From an archaeon (lineage in GTDB: Archaea > Iainarchaeota > Iainarchaeia > Iainarchaeales > 1-14-0-10-31-34): a DNA stretch of 26,393 nucleotides. The translations under genes and the position numbers were made by a program. Shown here in pieces: positions 15,871 to 24,108 of this stretch. Numbering within the stretch: the stretch's first letter is position 1; every line of letters begins with the position of its first letter. The notes under the pieces are model-generated. The model was not told the DNA's origin. It ran no database searches and worked only from the letters and a program-made list of their open reading frames with translations. The stretch spans positions 1-26,393 of the forward strand of contig JBDRFE010000041.1 of NCBI GenBank assembly GCA_043819075.1, in the 5' to 3' direction.

Positions 15871-17829
15871 ATGAAAAAGCTTTTTGTTTTATTTTTAATT
15901 CTGCTTTTTGCGGTTTTATTGTCCGGCTGTCCGGATTCAAAGGACTCAAACAATTCAGACAAAAATATGGCTGACTTAAACCAGTTAAATGATTTTAATG
16001 CAGTTGATAAAAATGTTTTTGATTCAAATGCCTCTGATGAAAACTCTTGCACTGAAGACTGGGAATGCAGTGAATGGAGTGAATGCATTAACGGAAAAAA
16101 ATCTCAGGAATGCTGGGACAACAATGAATGCGGTTTAGCCAATAACTTAACTGAAATTAGGGATTGCGATGAAAATGTTTTTGATTTAAATGCTGTTGAT
16201 AAGAATGAATTTAACCCAAATGTTGACGAAAACGGCAATTGCATTGAAAACTGGAATTGCACTGAATGGAGTGAATGCATTAACGGATGGGAAAAAAGGT
16301 CCTGCGCTGAACAAAACAACTGCAGCACAACTGAATTATCGCCAAGATTATACCAGCATTGCGGGGAATGCATTCATGAAGAAGTAGCTGACTGCAACAC
16401 AGATGACGGCTGCGGCGGAACACAAGAATGCATTGGAGGAGAATGGCAGGAATGCACTGACAACCCTACAGACAACTGTCCCGGAGACTGCATAAACGGT
16501 TACATAAAGTCATGTTATGCTAACATTAATGGAATTAGTTGCCCTGGAATCAAGACTTGTTCTGACCATAAGTGGGGCAGTTGTATTGATGTCACTTTTG
16601 ACAATTGCCCTTTAAACCCAGCTCCAGTAATTGAAGTAAGCCATTTAGAGCCGTTATCTGGAACAAGCGTGACCTTGAATAAACCTTTTACTTTTCAAAC
16701 CCAAATTAAATGCACTTTAAATGAGTGCACGACTATTTATGCAACTCTGTATTATACCTATGATTATGCCTATGGAACAATCACGGGCAAGGTTCCCGTA
16801 GGCGCAGGCAGCCTCTTTTTTACTTCTAGCTCAAACCATCAGTTTATCTCTAAAATGAATAAAGATGATATTTTAACCAACACTTGGCAGGTTACTCCCA
16901 CAGGAGGAACCGGAAACACTTATTCTTTTTATGTTGGCTATTCTGGATCGTATATTCCATCAAATACACAAACTCAAAAAACAAACTTGACTGTGACAGA
17001 AGACTTAAACTGTGACGAAGAAACAACTGAAATTGAATTAAAAGAAGGAAATTTATATTATAAAGACGAAAGTGCAGTACAGCATGTTCTTCCTTTTTAC
17101 AAGTCGTTCGTGGGAATTATAGATAACTCTGCAGGCACAATTTTAATTGACGGCCAGACAATCTGGTTTAAGCTGGACATAATAGACGAAAACGCATCTG
17201 ACTTTAATACAGGAAACCTTGTTTATACAAGAGTCCTTACTTTCAGAAAAAACAATTCAGGCGGGCAGGTGATTAAAACAATTAATTACTCAGAAGAACA
17301 AATGTCTATGCCAATTGAATTTGAAGGATTAAACGGAAAAAAATATAACTATTCTTTATTGATAGATGAAACAGACTCATTAACTTATGCAAATTTGTGG
17401 CTGTTTTTTTATGGGAGCCTAAAAAATATAATTTACACTCAATACAACAAAATCATAAGTTTAAATGACGCAACAAACTCCAGCGCAGACCCGATGAAAA
17501 GCTATCCATATTATATGCTTCATAATTCTAATTTGCCGGAAAGCTTTGGAGGAGGCACAAACTATAATGCAAATGATGAATTTATTGCAAAATTTTATTT
17601 AAATGAAGATGGAGACAGTGATACTGATATTATAATTGCAATAGATACTGCCACAGGAAATTTAGCGGTTTATAGTTACCCTGAAGTAATGTATAATGGG
17701 GAGCATACCTACTTAAGCGAAAACCCAAATTTTAGTTATCCTTCTTCTGGATACACTTCTTATGGCTCTTTTATTGAGTTAAATAGTCATCACTTCAAAA
17801 TAACTATTCCGGAAAACTCTTGTAGTTAA
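15871..17829 (+). CDS. Cys-rich surface lipoprotein; start placed at ATG 15871 rather than TTG 15820
   Basis: MKKLFVLFLILLFAVLLSGC signal/lipobox; repeated CxExWxCxEWSECING modules; beta-rich Thr/Tyr domain; acidic C-terminal domain. Confidence 0.85.
   Translation: MKKLFVLFLILLFAVLLSGCPDSKDSNNSDKNMADLNQLNDFNAVDKNVFDSNASDENSCTEDWECSEWSECINGKKSQECWDNNECGLANNLTEIRDCDENVFDLNAVDKNEFNPNVDENGNCIENWNCTEWSECINGWEKRSCAEQNNCSTTELSPRLYQHCGECIHEEVADCNTDDGCGGTQECIGGEWQECTDNPTDNCPGDCINGYIKSCYANINGISCPGIKTCSDHKWGSCIDVTFDNCPLNPAPVIEVSHLEPLSGTSVTLNKPFTFQTQIKCTLNECTTIYATLYYTYDYAYGTITGKVPVGAGSLFFTSSSNHQFISKMNKDDILTNTWQVTPTGGTGNTYSFYVGYSGSYIPSNTQTQKTNLTVTEDLNCDEETTEIELKEGNLYYKDESAVQHVLPFYKSFVGIIDNSAGTILIDGQTIWFKLDIIDENASDFNTGNLVYTRVLTFRKNNSGGQVIKTINYSEEQMSMPIEFEGLNGKKYNYSLLIDETDSLTYANLWLFFYGSLKNIIYTQYNKIISLNDATNSSADPMKSYPYYMLHNSNLPESFGGGTNYNANDEFIAKFYLNEDGDSDTDIIIAIDTATGNLAVYSYPEVMYNGEHTYLSENPNFSYPSSGYTSYGSFIELNSHHFKITIPENSCS
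16071..16287 (+). repeat. Intragenic duplication (192-nt spacing) of a Cys/Trp module
   Basis: TGAATGGAGTGAATGCATTAACGGA identical at 16071-16095 and 16263-16287; upstream DFNAVDKNVF / DLNAVDKNEF also duplicated. Confidence 0.85.
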
Positions 17830-17876
17830 AACACAAAATAAATAGGCTTAAATAAGAGATTTTACTTTATTAATTC

Positions 17877-19142
17877 ATGAAAAAATTTACTGTTGTTTGT
17901 CTGGTTTTGCTTGTGTTTTTTTCTGGATGCCTTTTGGTTACTAACATAAAAATTCTGTCAGCAGACGCCTCAGAAGAAAAAATTTTAATTAATATTAAGT
18001 CAAACAAATGGGTTGAAGCAAAAGTCAGCGTAGAAGACAGGTCAGAAAACCTGTTCTGCGAAAAAACAGTTGACTTGCACCCAGACGACAATTTAATTGA
18101 AATACCCTGTAAATTAACAGAAACAAGGATTAAAATCATTGTTTCAACTGAAGAAAAAGTTTTTTCAAGAAAACTTACTTTAAAATCAGGTGAAGCAGAA
18201 GAAAATCAAAATAACCAAAACATTGATCAAAACAAACCAGAAGAAAAAAAAGAGGTTGAACCAGAATATACTGAAGAAGAAGCTGCTGAAATTGCTTTAA
18301 TACTTGCAGAAAAAACCATTGAAGGCCAGTTTATGGAAGCATTTGAAAAAGGTTTTTCAGAATCAGGTGAATGCACTGCACAAAAATACATTGAAAACAA
18401 AAACAAAATAACAAAAGAATTCCCTGAATTCAAAGTTCCTGAACTAAACTTAAATGAAAGCCAAATGAACCAGCTGCAGGAACAGATAAATGAAACACGA
18501 GAATGCAATTGTTATGTTAAAAAAGAAGCAACTGAAAAGGAAAGCAACAAATTTACAGTAAATTATTCTCTGGCTTGCGAAGGATACTGCGGTGAAGTTT
18601 ATTTTGAGCCATTCACCCAGAAAAATGAAAGCATTTCAACACAAATTTATTCTGAAGGAGACACAATAACCGGCTTAAAGGGATTTGAAGGAGAAAAATA
18701 TTTTATTGAAGTCGGTGCAGGAGGAACATACGGTTTTGAAAAAAAAATAACTTTAAGCCTTTACTCCGAAGACAAAAACTTTATTGAAAAAAACTTTTTC
18801 AGCGAAGGGCCAGTTGTTTTTTACAATGAAGAAACCGGGAAAAAAATATTAATGAATTCAATTACAATAACAAAAATTATCAGGGCAGTGGCAGGAGAAA
18901 CAGAAATTTATTCTGCTTCACTTGATGTTTCTGATTTAAATGAATACCAGAAGAGTTATTCCGTGTCATTTGACGTTGACCTGAAAAAAAATTCTGTTCA
19001 GATAACCAAAGGGCAGTTAAATGAAGTTTTATCCGAACAAACTGAAAAGCTGAATCAATTATTAGGCTCTTATGAATTAATGGATGAATGCCTTAAGGCA
19101 TGGATTATGAAAGTGCATGAAAAAGTGTTATCAACTAATTAA
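17877..19142 (+). CDS. Hypothetical acidic lipoprotein
   Basis: MKKFTVVCLVLLVFFSGC lipobox-like signal; 421-aa ORF with host-like codon usage. Confidence 0.8.
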   Translation: MKKFTVVCLVLLVFFSGCLLVTNIKILSADASEEKILINIKSNKWVEAKVSVEDRSENLFCEKTVDLHPDDNLIEIPCKLTETRIKIIVSTEEKVFSRKLTLKSGEAEENQNNQNIDQNKPEEKKEVEPEYTEEEAAEIALILAEKTIEGQFMEAFEKGFSESGECTAQKYIENKNKITKEFPEFKVPELNLNESQMNQLQEQINETRECNCYVKKEATEKESNKFTVNYSLACEGYCGEVYFEPFTQKNESISTQIYSEGDTITGLKGFEGEKYFIEVGAGGTYGFEKKITLSLYSEDKNFIEKNFFSEGPVVFYNEETGKKILMNSITITKIIRAVAGETEIYSASLDVSDLNEYQKSYSVSFDVDLKKNSVQITKGQLNEVLSEQTEKLNQLLGSYELMDECLKAWIMKVHEKVLSTN

Positions 19143-19194
19143 TTTCTGAATTTAATTTCAATAAGTTTTTATATTAGTTCTGAGTAGTTATAGC

Positions 19195-20157
19195 ATGCAG
19201 ACAGCCCTTAAAACAGAAAACATTTCCAAGGCATTCGGAAGGCAGAAAGTTTTGGTTGACATTGACTTAGAAGTAATTGAAGGAGAAATATTTGGTTTAT
19301 TGGGGCCGAATGGCGCAGGAAAAAGCACTTTAATCAAAATATTAAACGGGTTAAGCTCGCAGGACACGGGAAAAGTGGTTTTTTTTTCAAAGTATTCGCC
19401 AAAAGAAATTGAATTAAAAAAACTTGTTGCTTTTGTCCCGCAAGAAGACAGCTTTTACAGGTTTTTCACGGTAGAAGAAAACCTGCAATTTTTTGGCTCA
19501 CTGTATGGAATAAAAAGAAAAGAATTAAAGCAAAGAATTGAGTTTTTGCTTGAATGGCTTAACTTAAGTTATTTCAGGAACAGGGCGGCAGAAAACCTTT
19601 CAGGAGGATACAGAAAAATGCTTAACATTGCGTGCTCGCTGGTATACAACCCTTCTTTTATTTTCTTGGATGAACCGACAGTAGGATTAGACCCTGATAT
19701 GAGAAGGCTTTTATGGAAAAAATTAACTGAATTAAGGGACAAAGGAAAAACGTTGTTTATTACAACCCATTACATGGATGAAGCACAGGAATTATGCAAC
19801 AGGATTTCATTAATTCTTGAAGGAAAAATCCTTGTATGCTCTTCACCAGAAGAATTAATCGAAAAATTTGGGGGAGAAAAAAACCTGTTGTTTGAACTGG
19901 ATAAGCCTGTAACAAAAGAACTTGAAGCAGAACTAAAAAAAGAGTTAGGCGAAAGTTTCACGCTCAATAACCAAAAAATAAATGTTTCTTTTCAGGGAAA
20001 AAACGAAATCAATGCCTTGTCAAAAATTAATTCATTAATTAAATCAAATGGATTTACTGTAACAAAAACCACAATAAAAGAGCCTGACTTGGAAAACGTT
20101 TTCTTAAACTTAACAGGAAAAGTAAAAGGAATAAAAAACGTGCAAAAAGAGGAATGA
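19195..20157 (+). CDS. ABC-2 type exporter ATP-binding protein
   Basis: Walker A GPNGAGKST, Q-loop VPQ, signature LSGGY, Walker B FLDEPTVGLD, H-loop TTHYMDEA, C-terminal PDLENVFL. Confidence 0.95.
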   Translation: MQTALKTENISKAFGRQKVLVDIDLEVIEGEIFGLLGPNGAGKSTLIKILNGLSSQDTGKVVFFSKYSPKEIELKKLVAFVPQEDSFYRFFTVEENLQFFGSLYGIKRKELKQRIEFLLEWLNLSYFRNRAAENLSGGYRKMLNIACSLVYNPSFIFLDEPTVGLDPDMRRLLWKKLTELRDKGKTLFITTHYMDEAQELCNRISLILEGKILVCSSPEELIEKFGGEKNLLFELDKPVTKELEAELKKELGESFTLNNQKINVSFQGKNEINALSKINSLIKSNGFTVTKTTIKEPDLENVFLNLTGKVKGIKNVQKEE

Positions 20158-20160
20158 AAA

Positions 20161-21981
20161 ATGAAATTAATTTACATTGCATTAAAAGAATTAAAGCTGA
20201 TAAAAACACAGAAAATCTCGCTTATGCTTATATTCTTTTTTCCGATAATAACAATTCTTGCAATAGGAGTTGCATTCGGAAACGTGAATATTTTCACCGG
20301 AACAGGCTTTTCAGAGGTTCCGGTCGGAATATACATTGAATCAAATGACACTCAAACAAACGAATTAGTTTCTGAACTTGATTCATATAATGCAATAAAC
20401 TTAATCAGATTGTCTTCAGCAGAAGAAGTAAGAAAATCAATTACCCAAAGAAAAGCAAAAATCGGGATCGTAATTCAAAAGCCTTCTGCTGCTGCATCAG
20501 CTGTTGACGTTGAACTGATTTTTGATAACTCAACTTTGCTTGAAACACAAGTCACATTATTTGTAACAGAAACAATTCTCAATGAAGTTAGCTACAGCAA
20601 GGCAACAGAAATACTAAAAGACATGCTTGAAAACATTGATTCAATTAAAAAAACAGTTAAAGATGAAATAAATACAATTGACGGTTTTATCAGCAAACTA
20701 AATGACTCTTATTATACCCTGAATAACCTTGAGAACAGGCTTAACCAGATTGACTTAACTACAATGAAAAGCCAGCTGAACACTTTTGATTCATATTATG
20801 TTCAGTCAAAAACCGATTTAGTTAATACAAAAAACGAAATATATAATGCACAAAACCAGCTTTCATCTTACAGGACAAAAATTCAAAACGAAAGAAACAA
20901 TGTAGTTTATTACAGAGACCAATTAGTTTCACTGAAAGCCCAGGTTTCATCCATCAGAAGCGTTTCTCCGGCAGAAATGTCAAACCAGTTAATTAATATT
21001 GAAAACCAGCTTGACAGCATAATAAACCAGTTGAATTCAACTATAAACGAATTAGACCAGGCTTTAACTGACATTGACAGCACCAAAGAAAAATTAAATC
21101 AGGCTTTAATTAAATTAAATGAAGTTGATTCCAGATTAGATTCAGCTAATTCAAGCGTTCAGTCATTCAAGTACACAATTGATTCAATGAACAACACCTT
21201 AAACGAAATAAAATCATTGATAACTGAAGCAAAAACTTCCAGGGAATCAATTATGAAAGACTTAACTGAAACAAAAACTCAGATGCAGAGCCTTTCATCC
21301 AAGCTTGACAGCATTAGTTCTTTGTCGCCTGAATCAGTTGTAAGGCCGCTGAATATAACAAAAGAGCCGGTTTATGATGCAGGCGAAGTATCAGTTATTA
21401 CTCCAATGGCAATAGCAATTGTATTGCTTTTGACTTCTTTATTGCTTACAAGCATTTCAATTATTTTAGAAAAAAACCAGGGAGTTGAATTAAGGGCAAA
21501 ACTCTCCCCAACCTTATACATAACATGGGTTTCTGGGAAAATTTTGGGCCAAATGGTTTTTGCCTTGTTTGAAGCTGTGTTAATTCTTTTGGTTGCTTTT
21601 GTTGGCTTTGGAGTTGTTCCTTCTGGAAACATTGCCGAATTATTTTTGGTTTTGTTGATTGTTTCTTTTTCTTTTATTTCTATTGGAGTGTTTTTGACTA
21701 ATTTTACTAAAACCCAGTCTACCGCGATTTTGTCTTCTTTGTTGATTAGTGTGCCGTTAATTTTTTTGAGTGGAATGATTTTGCCGACTTCTTTTATGCC
21801 TTCTTTTATCAAGGGAGTAAGTGAAGTTCTTCCGTTAACCGTGGGAACTGAATTAATTACTTCTGTTTTGGTCAGGGGAAACTCTTTGTTTTTCTTGTTG
21901 CCTCAAATCCTGCTTTTATTAGTTCCTGCACTGCTGATGCTGGTTTTTACTTTGCTTTACCCTAGCATAAAAAAAAGCTGA
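20161..21981 (+). CDS. ABC-2 type permease with a long extracellular coiled-coil insertion (YhgE/Pip-like architecture)
   Basis: IALKELK + TM1; about 230 aa of heptad-rich helix; ILEKNQG...SP, GKILG, FLSG..LP and PLT motifs; five further TM helices. Confidence 0.9.
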   Translation: MKLIYIALKELKLIKTQKISLMLIFFFPIITILAIGVAFGNVNIFTGTGFSEVPVGIYIESNDTQTNELVSELDSYNAINLIRLSSAEEVRKSITQRKAKIGIVIQKPSAAASAVDVELIFDNSTLLETQVTLFVTETILNEVSYSKATEILKDMLENIDSIKKTVKDEINTIDGFISKLNDSYYTLNNLENRLNQIDLTTMKSQLNTFDSYYVQSKTDLVNTKNEIYNAQNQLSSYRTKIQNERNNVVYYRDQLVSLKAQVSSIRSVSPAEMSNQLINIENQLDSIINQLNSTINELDQALTDIDSTKEKLNQALIKLNEVDSRLDSANSSVQSFKYTIDSMNNTLNEIKSLITEAKTSRESIMKDLTETKTQMQSLSSKLDSISSLSPESVVRPLNITKEPVYDAGEVSVITPMAIAIVLLLTSLLLTSISIILEKNQGVELRAKLSPTLYITWVSGKILGQMVFALFEAVLILLVAFVGFGVVPSGNIAELFLVLLIVSFSFISIGVFLTNFTKTQSTAILSSLLISVPLIFLSGMILPTSFMPSFIKGVSEVLPLTVGTELITSVLVRGNSLFFLLPQILLLLVPALLMLVFTLLYPSIKKS

Positions 21982-22022
21982 CAAAAAATTGATTAAAATT
22001 TGATGTTTTTTGATTCATAAAA

Positions 22023-22427
22023 TCACTTTTCCAAATCATCCAAAAACTCTTTTGGCTTAACAATTTTTATTTTATTAAATTCTTTTAATTTAAGCAAGTG
22101 TTTATCCCCGCTAACAATATATTTTGCATCAGCTTCAAAAGCAACTTCTAAAATTTTATTGTCGTCTGGGTCATCTTTAATTAAATTAATTTTATTGGTT
22201 GGTTTAACCAATTTCAAAGTCCCTGCAAAAAGATTGATTCTTTCCTGAATCTCAGTTTCATTCAGTTTAAAATCTCTTATCAAAACCTTTGAATATTCTG
22301 ACAAAATTTCAATTGAAGTGAAAACTTCAATTTTTCCTTCAAAAGCTAACCGCATTACCATGAAAGGATTTCCCTTCCAAAAAGAAGCCGAAACAAGAAT
22401 GTTTGTATCAACAACTACTTTCTTCAT
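22023..22427 (-). CDS. PIN-domain (VapC-like) toxin
   Basis: VVVDTNILVSA, DDPDDNKILE and IVSGDKHLL; ATGA overlap with the antitoxin gene. Confidence 0.92.
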   Translation of the reverse strand: MKKVVVDTNILVSASFWKGNPFMVMRLAFEGKIEVFTSIEILSEYSKVLIRDFKLNETEIQERINLFAGTLKLVKPTNKINLIKDDPDDNKILEVAFEADAKYIVSGDKHLLKLKEFNKIKIVKPKEFLDDLEK

Positions 22428-22702
22428 TCTTTGATTCCTCTTCCTTTATGAATTATTTTAGAAACGTCTTTTTCTTTTATATCAAGTTTTTTGGCTTTTT
22501 TCTGGCCTTTTGCAACCAGTTCTTCAAATTTTTTCAGCATTTCCTCTTTTGAAGGAGTTTTAATTCTCTTCAAAAGCAAGGAGTCCTTGCTTCCAAAAAC
22601 AGCAAAAGCTTCTCCTTCCTCTAACCCCATTTCTTCTCTAATGTCTTGCGGAATAACTATCTGACCTCTTGAAGACATTCTGGTTAATTCCACTTCACCC
22701 AA
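22424..22702 (-). CDS. AbrB/MazE/SpoVT-family antitoxin; start placed at TTG 22702
   Basis: TRMSSRGQIVIPQDIREEMGLEEG; a GAGGTG SD lies just upstream of TTG 22702, inside the longer ORF-track call. Confidence 0.9.
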   Translation of the reverse strand: MGEVELTRMSSRGQIVIPQDIREEMGLEEGEAFAVFGSKDSLLLKRIKTPSKEEMLKKFEELVAKGQKKAKKLDIKEKDVSKIIHKGRGIKE

Positions 22703-22830
22703 AAACACCACCTCAATAAAAACAATAAACAAAAGGATTAATAAGTTTTTCGGAAAATAAGAAAATAAGATTATTAGATTATGAAAGTGCTATCGCAGAT
22801 AGCACGCGTGACTCTCGGACGCAACCGAGA

Positions 22831-22986
22831 CGGGCCTGGGAGGATTTGAACCCCCGATCCTCAGCTGGCTTCAAAACTAAAATGCATTGCAGCTCGACTG
22901 AACGAAGTGAATGTCGTGCGCTGGTGTCAAGCTGACAGTGGCAGTTGTTTAGAAGGCTGATGCCTTATCCACTAGGCTACAGGCCC
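22831..22986 (-). tRNA. tRNA-Arg(TCT) with an 83-nt intron (22867-22949) at canonical position 37/38
   Basis: 5' exon GGGCCTGTAGCCTAGTGGATAAGGCATCAGCCTTCTA (37 nt); 3' exon AGCTGAGGATCGGGGGTTCAAATCCTCCCAGGCCCG (36 nt); BHB with central helix CTTC/GAAG and bulges TAA and CCA; CCA end not encoded. Confidence 0.95.
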
Positions 22987-23023
22987 TTGATATTAAATAC
23001 ATTAAAAAATGTTTAAAAACAGT

Positions 23024-23464
23024 TTATTTGACGTTAAACACTTTGCTGAACTCTTTTTTTTCAGTGAATTTCCCGTTATGCAGGTCTAACAGCCAGGCAA
23101 ACAGGTTTTTATCTGAAAACTCTTTTCCAAAGAATTTGAGTTTAGCTTTTTTGTGAAAAACTTTTTGGGTTGGCTTTCTGTAAAATTCCATTGAATTGAA
23201 CGGAATGACAAAAATGAATTCATCTGCTTCGCTTGCATACCTTAATTTGGATTTCATTTTTCCTTTGGTTGGTCTGGTTAAAACTTCTATACCAATCAGC
23301 TTGTTTTGTTTTGTTTCAACTAAGAAATCAAATCTTCCTTGGTTGGAATCACAGGAATTTGTTTTTGAGTGAATTAAAACACTTTGTTCAGGGCAGATTT
23401 TTTTTATTTCTAATTCATTTATTACATGCATTTTATTTAATTCGTTGAAAGTGTATAAATGCAT
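23024..23464 (-). CDS. Hypothetical protein with a PD-(D/E)xK nuclease-like fold
   Basis: RFDFLVE...IGIEV core followed by K..RY and FIFVIP; resembles small restriction-endonuclease-like folds; start uncertain. Confidence 0.6.
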   Translation of the reverse strand: MHLYTFNELNKMHVINELEIKKICPEQSVLIHSKTNSCDSNQGRFDFLVETKQNKLIGIEVLTRPTKGKMKSKLRYASEADEFIFVIPFNSMEFYRKPTQKVFHKKAKLKFFGKEFSDKNLFAWLLDLHNGKFTEKKEFSKVFNVK

Positions 23465-23564
23465 TAAACTGGTTTTGTTGTTTCCGTTAATGTGTGTTCC
23501 TGCAAGATGAATGCAAAAAGCCTCCGTAAACTATAAACAAAAAAAGAGTATTTAAGCTTTCTTG

Positions 23565-24017
23565 TCAGAAGTCAAGGTTTTTAACAAAGTTTCTTGTTTC
23601 CTCAATTTTTTTTTCGTTTAACCCAAGGAAAGATGAAACAATTATTGAGTTTTTTACTTTTCCGCCGTGAAAAGAAATAATGCTTGAAGCTTTTTTTAAT
23701 GCGTTTCCATGCAAGCCAATACATGCAATAAAGATTGCAACCTGTTTGCCTGAAACATTAATGCACTGCCTTAAGTAGTCGTTCATTAAATGAGAAGAAG
23801 AAAAGCCGATTACAGGCATTCCTAATACAATTAAATCAAAGGGCTTCCAGTCAGTTACACCAGACTTTAATTTAACTGTTTTTCCTTTGGGCTGTTTTTT
23901 GTGTTTCACTATCTCAGACAATTCAACTGAAAAATTTTTTTTCTCCAGCTCTTCTTTGATTATTTCAGCTAACTTTATTGTTTCAGGAGAGCCAACAAAA
24001 GATAGAAGGGATTTCAT
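23565..24017 (-). CDS. Flavodoxin-like fold protein
   Basis: TIKLAEII, FDLIVLGMPV and GKQVAIF patterns; FMN phosphate-binding loop is non-canonical. Confidence 0.75.
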   Translation of the reverse strand: MKSLLSFVGSPETIKLAEIIKEELEKKNFSVELSEIVKHKKQPKGKTVKLKSGVTDWKPFDLIVLGMPVIGFSSSHLMNDYLRQCINVSGKQVAIFIACIGLHGNALKKASSIISFHGGKVKNSIIVSSFLGLNEKKIEETRNFVKNLDF

Positions 24018-24108
24018 GCACTAAAAAAAAGAGCGCAAGAATTTAAATAAAGAAACTTAAACAAAAAGAATTAATAAGCGCTAAAAACAATATAATTTAA
24101 GTGAAAAA

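Noticed and set aside
16048..16300. Duplicated Cys/Trp module as a DGR template/variable repeat pair
   Set aside because: Both copies are in-frame in one gene, differences are not confined to adenines, and no reverse transcriptase is present.
15828..17850. Similar TAAAA(A)CACAAAA motif upstream of both lipoprotein genes
   Set aside because: Short and A-rich; could arise by chance in this composition.
22867..22949. C/D box guide RNA inside the tRNA intron
   Set aside because: No RUGAUGA or CUGA boxes on the transcribed strand.
5041..22986. An 'arginine island' (agmatinase, OTC, argS, tRNA-Arg)
   Set aside because: argS and tRNA-Arg are many kb away with unrelated genes between; chance proximity in a small genome is sufficient.
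22023..23464. Integrated element at tRNA-Arg (TA pair, nuclease-like gene)
   Set aside because: No integrase and no duplicated tRNA end seen within the window.
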